Source: Chloroflexota bacterium
GTDB lineage: Bacteria; Chloroflexota; Limnocylindria; P2-11E; CF-107
Length of the DNA: 64,000 nucleotides
Direction of reading: 5' to 3'
Assembly: GCA_005881435.1 (NCBI GenBank)
Contig: VBHP01000028.1
Span: forward strand, 4,538-68,537
Shown here: positions 34,835 to 44,177 of the stretch, one piece after another
How positions within the stretch are numbered: position 1 is the stretch's first letter
How the letters are laid out: every line of letters begins with the position of its first letter
Position numbers and translations under genes: made by a program
Notes under the pieces: generated by a model
The model's input: the letters and a program-made list of their open reading frames with translations, nothing else
Database searches by the model: none
Told to the model about the DNA's origin: nothing

Positions 34835-35710
34835 CTACTTCTTGCGCTCGCCCTTCTCGTCGTACTGGTAGAAGCCGCGGCCACTCTTCCGGCCATGATG
34901 GCCGGCCAGCACCATGCGTTTCAGCAGCGGCGGCGGCGCCTGATCCGGCCGCTTGAACTCGTCGTACAGCACGTTCGAGGCGTGATACTGCGTGTCGAGG
35001 CCGACGTAATCGAGCAGCGTGAACGGACCCATCGGGTATCCCAGGCCGAGCTTCACCGCTTCGTCGATCTCCTCCGGTGTCGCCACGCCTTCTTCGAGCG
35101 CCCGGATCGCCGCGTTGAGGTAGGGAATCAGCAGGCGATTCACGATGAAGCCGGGCGTGTCCTTGCAGACCACTCCGGTCTTGCCGATCTTCGCCGTGAA
35201 CTCGCGGAGCGTGCCGATCGTCTCGTCGCTCGTGGTGATCGCGCGGACGATCTCGACGAGCTTCATCACCTGGACCGGATTGAAGAAGTGCAGTCCGGCG
35301 AAGCGATCGGGACGCTTGGTCGACGCGGCAAGCTCCGCGATGGTCATGGAGGAGGTGTTGCTGGCGAAGATCGTCGCCGGCGGACAAATCGCGTCGAGCT
35401 CCCGATACAGCGTCTTTTTCAACGCGAGATCCTCGGTGATGGCCTCGATCACGAGCTGGCAATCTCGCAGGGCCTTTACCTCGGTCGTCGTCTCGATCCG
35501 TCCGCGGGCCGTCTTTGCCTCGGCCTCAGCGACGCGGCCACCCTTCACCATGCGGTCCAGACTGGCGTCGACACGCTTGAAGCCGGCGTCGATGAAACGC
35601 TGTTCGGTCTCGCGAACGATCACCTGGTAGCCCGCCTGGGCCGCGACCTGAGCGATGCCGTGTCCCATCAGGCCGAATCCGACGACGCCGACGCGCTGGA
35701 GCGCCATCAC
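34835..35710 (-). CDS. hbd: 3-hydroxybutyryl-CoA dehydrogenase
   Basis: 291 aa. NAD-binding VGVVGFGLMGHGIA. 3HCDH motifs (FASNTSS, HFFNPV, KDTPGFIVNRLL). Confidence 0.9.
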   Translation of the reverse strand: MMALQRVGVVGFGLMGHGIAQVAAQAGYQVIVRETEQRFIDAGFKRVDASLDRMVKGGRVAEAEAKTARGRIETTTEVKALRDCQLVIEAITEDLALKKTLYRELDAICPPATIFASNTSSMTIAELAASTKRPDRFAGLHFFNPVQVMKLVEIVRAITTSDETIGTLREFTAKIGKTGVVCKDTPGFIVNRLLIPYLNAAIRALEEGVATPEEIDEAVKLGLGYPMGPFTLLDYVGLDTQYHASNVLYDEFKRPDQAPPPLLKRMVLAGHHGRKSGRGFYQYDEKGERKK

Positions 35711-35754
35711 CGCACCTCCGACGCCGCATCCTAGACGCGCGTACCTTTTCTTTC

Positions 35755-36252
35755 GTGCCGGAGTACCGCGGCCCGGGTCCGACCCCGATCAAGCTCGATG
35801 TGAATGGCGAGTCGCGCCTCCTCTTGGCCGAGCCGCGCCGCACGCTCCTCGATGCCTTGCGCTACGACCTCGGTCTCACCGGCGCAAAGAAGGTGTGCGA
35901 CCGCGGCGATTGCGGCGCCTGCACCGTGCTCGTCGAAGGCGTCGCGGAATACGCCTGCCTGACGCTCGCGGTCGCATGCGAGTGCAAGCATGTGGAGACG
36001 ATCGAGGGTGGCGGCGCGGACGTCGAGGCACTACAGCAGGCGTTCCTGGCGCATGACGCGTATCAGTGCGGCTTCTGCACGCCGGGGCAGATCATGGCGC
36101 TCGCCGCGCTGCTGCGGCGCGATGGTCAGGCCGGCGAGGAGCAGGTCAAGACTGCGGTGGCGGGGAATCTCTGTCGCTGCGGCGCGTATCCGAACATCGT
36201 CACCGCGGGCGTCGCGGCGTCGCGCGCGAAGACGAGCGCAAAGGCGAAGTAG
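35755..36252 (+). CDS. Xanthine dehydrogenase / CO dehydrogenase-family (2Fe-2S) small subunit
   Basis: 165 aa. Two [2Fe-2S] cysteine clusters (CDRGDCGACTV; QCGFCTPG..CRCGAY). Confidence 0.9.
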   Translation: MPEYRGPGPTPIKLDVNGESRLLLAEPRRTLLDALRYDLGLTGAKKVCDRGDCGACTVLVEGVAEYACLTLAVACECKHVETIEGGGADVEALQQAFLAHDAYQCGFCTPGQIMALAALLRRDGQAGEEQVKTAVAGNLCRCGAYPNIVTAGVAASRAKTSAKAK

Positions 36253-38496
36253 ATGCCGTCGGCGCGCGTGGTCAAGAACCGCACCGAGTTCGAAGGCAAG
36301 ATCTATGAAGAGCTCGCCTTGGTGCAGGGCGCCGACATCCCAGCCTGGAGTGCCGACGCCGAGCTCCGGCATGTCGGCCGCTCGCGCCTGCGGGTCGACG
36401 GGCCGCAGCGCGTATCCGGACGAGCGCGATACACGACCGATCTGATGTTGCCGGGGATGCTGCACGCCCGTGTGGTGCGCAGCCCGCACCCTCACGCGCG
36501 CGTCATACGTGTCGACGCGAAGCGCGCGCTCGCGCTCGCCGGCGTTCGCAGCGTCGTCGACAGGACAAGCGCGCCCGAGCTGTTCGACGAGGAGGTCCAC
36601 TACGTCGGCGCCCCGGTCGCGGTCGTAGTCGGCGAGACGGAGGAGATCGCCGCTGACGCGGCGCACCTCGTCGAGATCGAGTACGAGTCGCTGCCGTTCG
36701 TCGTCGACCTCGAGGAGGCGATCGCGGACCGGACGCGGGTGCAACGAAAGGAGTCGTACTCACGCGGCGACGCGCGTCGTGGCTTCCGCGAGGCCGACAT
36801 CGTCGTGGACGCCCGCTACACCACGTCCACGCAGCTGCACAACTGCCTCGAGCCGCACGGCGCGGTGGCGCAGTGGGATGGCGAGCGCCTGACCCTCTGG
36901 GAGAGCACGCAGGCGATGTTCGACGTACGCAAGGGTGTGGCCAAAGCGATTCGCGCGCGCCTCGACGACGTCCGCGTGATCTGCGACTACATGGGCGGCG
37001 GCTTCGGCAGCAAGCTCGGTCACGGGCACTACAGCGAGATCGCCGCGGTGCTGGCGAAACGCCTGGGACGCCCGATCCGCTGCGTCATGGACCGTCGCGA
37101 GGAGAACCTGGTCACAGGGAATCGCTCGGCCACGGTGCAGCGCGTGCGAGTCGGGGCGACCAAGGACGGCAAGCTTACGGCGCTCGAGCACGTGGCCTGG
37201 TCGGGGACCGGCACCGAGGACGGCTGGGTCGCGTCCACGACCGGTCCGTCCAACGGTCTCTACGAGGTGGCGAACGTGCGCAGCGAACAGTTCTTGGTGC
37301 TCACCAACACCGGTCCGTTCTCGGCGTTCCGCGCTCCGGGCTACGTCGAGGGAACGTTCGCGCTGGAGAGCGCGATGGACGAGCTCGCCGACAAGCTGGC
37401 GCTGGACCCGCTCGCGCTGCGCCGCAAGAATTACGCGAAGCTCGACCCGCAATCGGGCAAGCACTACTCGCTAAAACGGCTGGATCAGTGCTACTCCCGC
37501 GGCGCGGAGCTCGCGGGCTGGTCGCGCCGCAAAGCCGGCGGCACAGCGGGACGTCACGCGTATCTCCGCCGGGGCATGGGCGTGTCGACACAGGTCTGGG
37601 GCGGCGGTGGCGGTCCGCCCGCGTACGCCACGATCCATCTCAATGCCGACGGCACCGCCATCGTTCGGGCCGGGCTGCAGGACATCGGCTCCGGCACCAA
37701 GACCGCGATCGCCCAGATCGCGGCAGAAGAGCTCTCGCTGCCGCTCGAGCGGGTGCGCCTCTCGATCGGCGAGACCGATGCGCCATACGGACCGGCGTCA
37801 GGCGGTTCGATGACCACGGCTTCGCTCGGCCCGGCCGTCCGCCTGGCCGCTGTCGACGTGCGACGCCAGCTCCTCGAGGTCGCGGCGGGACTCATGGAAG
37901 TACGCGCTAGCGAGATCCATCTGACCGACGGGCACGCTGTCGCCGGGCGCGGCGGAAAAAAGCTCGCGCTCGACGAGGTCTTCAGTAAGTTGCAGAACTA
38001 CACCGTCATCGGCCGCGGCTCGCGGCATCCGAATCCCGAAGACGTGCGCCTGCGCAGCTTCGGCGCGCACTTCGCCGAGGTCGAGGTCGACATCCGCACC
38101 GGCGCGGTCCGCGTGCTGAAGATCGTGGCCGTCCACCAGATCGGCAGGATCGTGAATCCGCTGAACGCCAAGAGCCAAGTCGAGGGCGGCGTCACGCAAG
38201 CGCTGGGCTACGCCGTGAGCGAGGGTCGTGTCCTCGACCGGCTGAGCGGACACGTCATGAACGCGAACCTCGAGGACTACAAGATTCCGACCGTCAAGGA
38301 CGTGCCCGACATCGTGGTCGAGTTCGTTCCCGATCTCGATCGACGCGCGAACAACCTCGGCGGGATCGGTCTCGGCGAGCCGCCGATCATCCCGACCGCC
38401 GCCGCGATCGCGAACGCGGTCGCGAACGCGTGCGGCGCCCGCGTGCGCACGCTGCCGATCACGCCGGCGCGGGTGCTCGAGGCGCTGCGCCGATGA
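36253..38496 (+). CDS. Xanthine dehydrogenase / aldehyde oxidase-family molybdopterin-binding large subunit
   Basis: 747 aa with the Ald_Xan_dh_C and MoCoBD domains of the family (GGGFGSK, GSGTKTAIAQIAAEEL). Confidence 0.9.
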   Translation: MPSARVVKNRTEFEGKIYEELALVQGADIPAWSADAELRHVGRSRLRVDGPQRVSGRARYTTDLMLPGMLHARVVRSPHPHARVIRVDAKRALALAGVRSVVDRTSAPELFDEEVHYVGAPVAVVVGETEEIAADAAHLVEIEYESLPFVVDLEEAIADRTRVQRKESYSRGDARRGFREADIVVDARYTTSTQLHNCLEPHGAVAQWDGERLTLWESTQAMFDVRKGVAKAIRARLDDVRVICDYMGGGFGSKLGHGHYSEIAAVLAKRLGRPIRCVMDRREENLVTGNRSATVQRVRVGATKDGKLTALEHVAWSGTGTEDGWVASTTGPSNGLYEVANVRSEQFLVLTNTGPFSAFRAPGYVEGTFALESAMDELADKLALDPLALRRKNYAKLDPQSGKHYSLKRLDQCYSRGAELAGWSRRKAGGTAGRHAYLRRGMGVSTQVWGGGGGPPAYATIHLNADGTAIVRAGLQDIGSGTKTAIAQIAAEELSLPLERVRLSIGETDAPYGPASGGSMTTASLGPAVRLAAVDVRRQLLEVAAGLMEVRASEIHLTDGHAVAGRGGKKLALDEVFSKLQNYTVIGRGSRHPNPEDVRLRSFGAHFAEVEVDIRTGAVRVLKIVAVHQIGRIVNPLNAKSQVEGGVTQALGYAVSEGRVLDRLSGHVMNANLEDYKIPTVKDVPDIVVEFVPDLDRRANNLGGIGLGEPPIIPTAAAIANAVANACGARVRTLPITPARVLEALRR

Positions 38497-39455
38497 AATC
38501 CTTCTCCTACGCCAAGGTCGCGACCGCGGAAGAGGCCGCCGGGCTGCTCAAGCAGCGCAATACGCGTCTGATCGCCGGTGGAACCGATCTCCTCGGCCTG
38601 ATGAAAGAGCGACTGATCGAGCCGGATCGACTCGTCGACGTCAACGGGATCGCTCAGCTGCGCGGGATCACCGCGACGAAAGAGAACTTCCGCGTCGGCG
38701 CCCTGACGACGCTGGCCGAGCTCGCGGCGCACCAAGCCACACCGCTGATCATCAAGGAAGCGCTGGCGGACGCGGCCACACCGCAGCTACGCAACATGGC
38801 GACCGTTGGCGGCAACCTGGTGCAACGAAATCGGTGCTGGTACTTCCGTAGCGCGGAGCATCGCTGCTGGCTGAAGGGTGGACCGAGGTGCCTCGCCGTC
38901 GACGGGGACAACCGTTATCACGCCATCTACGGCGAGGGCGAATGCCGTCAGGTCACGCCCTCCGATCTGGCTCCGGCCCTGATCGCGCTCGACGCGACGG
39001 TCGTCATGCGCACCGACGAGGGTGAGGACTCACTGCCGCTGGCGCAGCTGTACGTCGCGCCCACGGCCCGGCACCGCCGCGAGCACGCGGTCGGAGACGA
39101 CGATCTGATCCTGGCGGTCCGCATCGGCGGCGATGCGCTGCGACGGCACGCCACGTATCTCAAGTTCATGGAGCGAGCGACCTGGCAATTCGCCGTCGTC
39201 AGCGTCGCCGCGAGCGCGAGGCTCGTCGAGGGCAGAGCGCAGGACGTGCGCATCGTCGCCGGCGCGGTCGCGAACATTCCCTGGCGCGTGAAGGCCGCAG
39301 AGGATCTGCTCGCCGGCGAGAAGATCGACGACGCCCGCGCGCTTGCCGTTGCGGAGCGATTCGTTCGCGACGCCAGGCCCCTGCGCGACAACGCCTATAA
39401 GGTCGCGGTCCTTCGCGAGCTCGTCCGGCGTGCGGTCCTGCGCCTGAAGGACTGA
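38493..39455 (+). CDS. Xanthine dehydrogenase / CO dehydrogenase-family FAD-binding medium subunit
   Basis: ATGA overlap with the large subunit. FAD_binding_5 motif (IAGGTDLLGLMK) and a CO_deh_flav_C tail. Confidence 0.9.
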   Translation: MKSFSYAKVATAEEAAGLLKQRNTRLIAGGTDLLGLMKERLIEPDRLVDVNGIAQLRGITATKENFRVGALTTLAELAAHQATPLIIKEALADAATPQLRNMATVGGNLVQRNRCWYFRSAEHRCWLKGGPRCLAVDGDNRYHAIYGEGECRQVTPSDLAPALIALDATVVMRTDEGEDSLPLAQLYVAPTARHRREHAVGDDDLILAVRIGGDALRRHATYLKFMERATWQFAVVSVAASARLVEGRAQDVRIVAGAVANIPWRVKAAEDLLAGEKIDDARALAVAERFVRDARPLRDNAYKVAVLRELVRRAVLRLKD

Positions 39456-39523
39456 ACCCGCGTCAGTTTCGGCGCAAAACGGCCAAGCGACGGCCGTAAC
39501 GCCGGAGCGGCACCTACTGTTGC

Positions 39524-41080
39524 GTGGACGTGAGGGTGTCGGCGTTCGTCCTGACCGGGCTGCTGGCCGTGTCCTTAAACCTGCTCGCATCACCGGCGCA
39601 GGCAGCGACTCCCAGCGCACCGACGGCGGTGACGACGTGCCTCAAGAAAATAGGACCGGGGATCCCGCCGCCCGCGGCCCCTCCCTTGAAGCTCGGCGGT
39701 TTTCACGCCACCTGGTACGGACAGAGCGGCTACATGACGCTCTGTCCGGGCGACACCGAGACGGCGACTGTCGCCTACTACAACTCCGGCTCGCTCGGTT
39801 GGGTCCAGGGCAAGATGGGCGAATCGGCCTACCTCGGGACCTGGGGACCCGAACCGGGTCAGGACCGCGCCAGCGCCATCGGCGGCGACGGCTCCAATGG
39901 TTCGCCGGTGACCGGCTGGGTCCGGTTCAACCGTCCGGCGATCCAACCCGCGGCGTACGTCGGACCAGGCCAGGTGGCGTGGTTCCAGTTCCCGGTGAAG
40001 GCGCCGACGACTCCAGGCATCTATTTCCTGGGGCTGCGGCCGCTCATCGAGGGCGCGACGTGGCTCGAGGATTACGGCGTGTTCTGGGTCATCACCGTCC
40101 TCAATCTCGACGGCACGCAACCCGCGTACAAGTGCCAGCAGTGCTGGCCGCTGTCCGGCGCGCCTCTCGTGGGCGCGGACGCCACGCGGCGCCCGCTGTC
40201 GGTGAAGATCGACAACGCCTCGATCGCACGTCCGCACTACGGCTTGAGCGACGCTGACATGGTGTGGGAAACGCTGGTCGAGGGCTACATCACCCGACTC
40301 AATCTCGTCTTCCAGTCGCATGAATCGGAGACGGTCGGCAGCGTCCGCAGTGGCCGTCTCTTCGACCGCTACCTCACGCCGACGCTCCGCGGCGCCCTGT
40401 CGTATTCGGGAGCGACGAACACCGAGCTGTACTGGTTCGAACAGGACGTCAAGACGGGGAGCTACGTCGACATCGGCGCCGCAACGGGCGGCGGCAACGC
40501 GTACTACCGCGTGACCTTCCGCGCCATCCCGCACAACGAGTTCACCTCGACCGCCGCGCTCCGCTCGGTTCTTTCGGCGCAGGGCAAGGCCGGTCCGGTC
40601 CAGGTGCCGTCGTGGGACTTCTCCCTCCCCAAATTCGAATCGGCCTTTGATCTGAACGGATTCCTCGGCAGTGTGCCGGCCACGACGCTATCGATCCCGT
40701 ACCGCGGCGGCGTCGACGTGCGCTACGAGTTCGACGTGGCGTCGAAGACGTACGCGCGCTGGCAGGCCGGCGTGCGGGAGATCGACGGCGCCAACGGCAG
40801 GCCGGTCGCCCCGAAGAACGTGGTGATCCTAGGCACCGAGATCTGGCAGACGGACATCATCGAGGACATCCTCGGCTCCAAGGGTCTGGACGAGCGCACG
40901 ACGGGCACCGGCCCGTGCAGCGTGTTCACGCAGGGACGCCGCCAGGATTGCAGTTGGTCACGCGCTACGGTCAACGATCCGTTCGTGCTGACGAACTTCT
41001 ACGGCAAACGCATCCTGCTGTCGCCGGGCCAGACCTGGTTCCATCTGGTGCCGAAGGACTGGCAGATCCCCTCGAGCTAG
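39524..41080 (+). CDS. Secreted DUF3048-family protein (YerB-like) with an N-terminal Ig/NBR1-like domain
   Basis: Signal peptide MDVRVSAFVLTGLLAVSLNLLASPAQA. The C-terminal half (SVKIDNASIARPHYGLSDADMVWETLVEGYITRLNLVF) matches DUF3048. Confidence 0.7.
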   Translation: MDVRVSAFVLTGLLAVSLNLLASPAQAATPSAPTAVTTCLKKIGPGIPPPAAPPLKLGGFHATWYGQSGYMTLCPGDTETATVAYYNSGSLGWVQGKMGESAYLGTWGPEPGQDRASAIGGDGSNGSPVTGWVRFNRPAIQPAAYVGPGQVAWFQFPVKAPTTPGIYFLGLRPLIEGATWLEDYGVFWVITVLNLDGTQPAYKCQQCWPLSGAPLVGADATRRPLSVKIDNASIARPHYGLSDADMVWETLVEGYITRLNLVFQSHESETVGSVRSGRLFDRYLTPTLRGALSYSGATNTELYWFEQDVKTGSYVDIGAATGGGNAYYRVTFRAIPHNEFTSTAALRSVLSAQGKAGPVQVPSWDFSLPKFESAFDLNGFLGSVPATTLSIPYRGGVDVRYEFDVASKTYARWQAGVREIDGANGRPVAPKNVVILGTEIWQTDIIEDILGSKGLDERTTGTGPCSVFTQGRRQDCSWSRATVNDPFVLTNFYGKRILLSPGQTWFHLVPKDWQIPSS

Positions 41081-41649
41081 CGGAGCACGCCCTCCAGCTT
41101 CAGCAGCCAGCGCTTGCGATCGACGCCCCCGGCATATCCGTGCAGCGCACCGTCCGACCCAAGGATGCGATGGCAGGGCACGACGATAGGGATCGGATTC
41201 GCGCCGAGCGCGTTCCCGGTGGCGCGCGAGGCGCTGGGGATCCCGGCTTGGGTCGCGATCTCCTGATAGCTGCGAACGCGTCCAAACGGGACGCGCTTCG
41301 TCGCCGCGAGGACGCGCCGCTGGAACGGCGTGAGCGCCGAGAGGTCCACCGACAGCTCGAAGCGCGTGCGTTTTCCGGCGAAGTATTCGTCGAGCTCGCG
41401 CTTCACCTCGTCGAGGCGCTTGGGCGCACGGAGCACGCCCGGACCGTAACGCGCCACGATGCGGCGGAGATCGCCCTCGTTGGCATCGGCGCCGTAGTGG
41501 ATCGCCAGCACGCCTTTCGGGCCGATCGCCAGCCACAGCGGTCCGAGCGGGGATTGCATCACGTCGACCGCGACGCGCGCCACGCCTTCAGCGATGGCGC
41601 GAGTGGCGAGTCGCTCGCGCGCGTCCGCGAGCAATACGTCGAGCGTCAT
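41077..41649 (-). CDS. ogt: Methylated-DNA--protein-cysteine methyltransferase (O6-alkylguanine-DNA alkyltransferase)
   Basis: 190 aa from ATG 41649, overlapping the sigma-factor stop. Active site IVVPCHRILGSDG. HTH (TPFQRRVLAATKRVPFGRVRSYQEIA). Confidence 0.85.
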   Translation of the reverse strand: MTLDVLLADARERLATRAIAEGVARVAVDVMQSPLGPLWLAIGPKGVLAIHYGADANEGDLRRIVARYGPGVLRAPKRLDEVKRELDEYFAGKRTRFELSVDLSALTPFQRRVLAATKRVPFGRVRSYQEIATQAGIPSASRATGNALGANPIPIVVPCHRILGSDGALHGYAGGVDRKRWLLKLEGVLR

Positions 41650-42098
41650 GACAGGGCCTCCTTCACCTTCTTTGTCGCCTCTGAGACGCGTTTGCGCGCC
41701 GCCTCCTCGGAGCACTCGAGCGCGCGTGCCACCTCGTCGTAGGGCAGATCTTGGACGCGGCGCAGGACGAACGCGGCGCGCTCGTGGGGTGGCAGCGCGC
41801 GGATCGCGGCCGCCACGTCCGCGGTCGTGACACCGTCGCGCTCGGGCGCGGCGAGCTCGAGGTCGTCAAGGCTCAGCGGTCGCCGGCGACGGCGGCGGGC
41901 GTCGATGGCCTTGTTGGTGGCGATGCGGTACAGCCACGCGCGGAGGTGCTCGTCGCGGGCCTTGGCGAAGGCGCGAAACGCCGCCAGGAACGTCTCCTGG
42001 AACAAGTCGTCGGCCTCGTCGCGATCTCCGGTCAGCCGTAGGGCATAGGCGAAGATCTCGCGGCCATGCGCCTCGACCAGGTCTTCGAACGTTCGCAT
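41646..42098 (-). CDS. ECF-subfamily RNA polymerase sigma-70 factor
   Basis: 150 aa. Region 2 (LFQETFLAAFRAF..WLYRIATNKAID) and region 4 (LPPHERAAFVLRRVQDLPYDEVARALECSEEAARKRV). SD AAAGGA upstream. Confidence 0.85.
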   Translation of the reverse strand: MRTFEDLVEAHGREIFAYALRLTGDRDEADDLFQETFLAAFRAFAKARDEHLRAWLYRIATNKAIDARRRRRRPLSLDDLELAAPERDGVTTADVAAAIRALPPHERAAFVLRRVQDLPYDEVARALECSEEAARKRVSEATKKVKEALS

Positions 42099-42164
42099 TC
42101 GTCCTTTGATACAACGACAGCGGGGCTCAGGCTGTGAGCCGGCGCGGCCCTACGCGGAGGGCGA

Positions 42165-42515
42165 TCACACGCCGGATAGTCGCAGTTTCACCGGCTCACG
42201 TCCGCGTTCGAAGTACCAGTCCTGGACCCACATCGACCCGTATTTCGCGCGCCACAGGTCGACAAGACGTTTGAGATCGCTCTCGCGATCGCCGCTGGGC
42301 TCATAGCGCGCCGCGAGCTCCTGTCCGTCGATCACGATGCGGGCCTCAGGATGCGCGACGAGATTGCGGTGCCAATCGGTCGCGCCGTCCGCGCGCAGCC
42401 ACACCATCTCGCCGTCGCGCGCGAACCAGACCGTGACCCGGTGCTCTCGACCGCTTCTGCGACCACGAGTGATGAGGACGAGCTCTTCGGCCTCGCCCGG
42501 ATTAGCTGCCTGCAA
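42165..42515 (-). CDS. Deazaflavin (F420)-dependent nitroreductase-family protein (DUF385, Ddn-like split-barrel)
   Basis: 116 aa. LVLITRGRRSGREHRVTVWFARDGEMVWLRADGATDWHRNLVAHPEARIV matches the DUF385 pattern. Confidence 0.7.
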   Translation of the reverse strand: MQAANPGEAEELVLITRGRRSGREHRVTVWFARDGEMVWLRADGATDWHRNLVAHPEARIVIDGQELAARYEPSGDRESDLKRLVDLWRAKYGSMWVQDWYFERGREPVKLRLSGV

Positions 42516-43608
42516 CCGAACGGTCGAAGATCTGCGGCGACAGCCGCAACGGCTTCGCCGACCCGCCGTACCGCTCGGCTTCGATCTCGGCCAGGATCGC
42601 CAGCGCGATCTCTGCGGGCGTCCGGCCCCCGAGATCGAGGCCGATCGGCGCGTGCACGGCGCGGATGCGCTCCTCCGGCACGCCCTCCTCGCGCAGCATC
42701 CGTTCGATCAGGATCGTCTTTCGCTTCGATCCGACCAGACCAACGTAGCGCGCCGGCGTGCGCGCCGCGGCGCGGAGGGCGTGCGCGTCCATCTTGTGCC
42801 CTCGCGTCGCAACGACGACGAACGTGTTCCAGGCGATGGGCAGCTCCTCGATCGCGCGCACCATGTCCGCGCAGACGACCTCGTCGGCTTCGGGAAGGCG
42901 TTCGCGATCGGCGAACTCGGGACGGTCGTCGACCACGACGACGCGAAAATCGAGCAATCGCGCCATGCGCGCGACCGCCGCGCCGACGTGCCCGGCGCCG
43001 ATCTGCAGCAGCGTCGGCCGGCTGGTCACCGGCTCGAGCAGCACCTCGTGCTCATCGTCGAGTCGTGCGACGCGGGCGGTGCCGCGCGCGAGTGTCTCGT
43101 GCGCCAGCGCGACGGCTGGAGCGTCGAAGCGGCCGAGCGATCCGGTCACCGTTCCGGCGCTCTCGACGAGCATGCGTCCGGCCGCGGCGTACTCGCGGCC
43201 GCGTCTCGAGAGCAGCGTCACGAGCGCGACCGGCGTTCCGCCGCGAGACGCAGTCAGGAGGTCGTCGAGGAGGTCGCGTTGCGCGGCGCGCAATGCCGCG
43301 CGGCCGTGCTCGATCGCGATCCACATCGTGCCGCCGCAGACCAGGCCGGTGTCGAACGCCAGATCCTCGGTCAGCTCGTAGTCGCGGAGCGACGCTTCGC
43401 CGGTCTCGAGCACGCGTCGCGCCTCGTCCACGGCGTCGGCTTCGACGCAGCCGCCACCGAGCGTGCCGACGAGGCGGCCGAGATCGTCGGCCAGCAGCTT
43501 CGCGCCGACGACCTGTGGCGTGCTGCCGGTGGTGCGGACGACCGTCGCGATCGCGAAGGCTCGCCCTTCGGCGCGAAGCTTGGCGGCGCGCTCGAGGATC
43601 TCTCTCAT
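42502..43608 (-). CDS. xdhC: XdhC/CoxI-family molybdoenzyme maturation (accessory) protein
   Basis: 368 aa. N-terminal XdhC_CoxI domain and Rossmann domain (LLQIGAGHVGAAVARMA, VVVDDRPEF). Confidence 0.85.
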   Translation of the reverse strand: MREILERAAKLRAEGRAFAIATVVRTTGSTPQVVGAKLLADDLGRLVGTLGGGCVEADAVDEARRVLETGEASLRDYELTEDLAFDTGLVCGGTMWIAIEHGRAALRAAQRDLLDDLLTASRGGTPVALVTLLSRRGREYAAAGRMLVESAGTVTGSLGRFDAPAVALAHETLARGTARVARLDDEHEVLLEPVTSRPTLLQIGAGHVGAAVARMARLLDFRVVVVDDRPEFADRERLPEADEVVCADMVRAIEELPIAWNTFVVVATRGHKMDAHALRAAARTPARYVGLVGSKRKTILIERMLREEGVPEERIRAVHAPIGLDLGGRTPAEIALAILAEIEAERYGGSAKPLRLSPQIFDRSVAGS

Positions 43609-44177
43609 CGCTCCAGGTCCTCCATCGTATCCACGTCCCGTATCACTCCCGGATCGTCGACCTCGAGGTCCTCCCGCTCCGCCGTATGCCGCTTGATGAC
43701 GTCGTGGAGCGTGTGTCCGGTGCTCTCGGCCAGCACCTCGTCGCGAAGGCGCGACGGCAGCGCGACCGGATGTCCACGCTTCCCGCCATGTCTCGGCGAC
43801 ACGATCCCGCCCGACGTGCAGGCCTGCCGCTCGACGATGTCGCGCACGGTGTCGCTTCTGAGATACGGCATGTCCGCCGGGATGACGAGGTATGCGTCGG
43901 CCCAGTCGACGCTCGCGAGCCCGGCCTGTATCGATGAGAGCATGCCGCGCGACGGATCGGCGTTTTCCACGACACGGACTTTCGGCTGACGCAGCGCGCC
44001 CAGCGCGCGAAGCTCGACCGCATCCGGCGCGATGACGACGATGGCTGCGGCGACGTGCGGCAGGAGCGCGGCGAGCGTTCGCGCGATGAGGGCTTCGCCG
44101 TCCACGTCCGCGAGCAGCTTTCCTCCACCGAAACGTTCGGCCGCGCCGGCCGCGGGCACGATGGCCACGGCGGTCAT
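43605..44177 (-). CDS. mocA: Molybdenum cofactor cytidylyltransferase (MobA-like nucleotidyltransferase)
   Basis: 190 aa from ATG 44177, overlapping the FAD-subunit stop. NTP-transferase N-terminus VAIVPAAGAAERFGGGKLLADVDGEALIARTL. The upstream part of the ORF is junk. Confidence 0.8.
   Translation of the reverse strand: MTAVAIVPAAGAAERFGGGKLLADVDGEALIARTLAALLPHVAAAIVVIAPDAVELRALGALRQPKVRVVENADPSRGMLSSIQAGLASVDWADAYLVIPADMPYLRSDTVRDIVERQACTSGGIVSPRHGGKRGHPVALPSRLRDEVLAESTGHTLHDVIKRHTAEREDLEVDDPGVIRDVDTMEDLER

Noticed and set aside
42337-43989. 550-aa and 528-aa plus-strand ORFs across the XdhC/MocA region
   Set aside because: Extremely Arg-rich (RRRxRR runs), antisense to well-supported genes.
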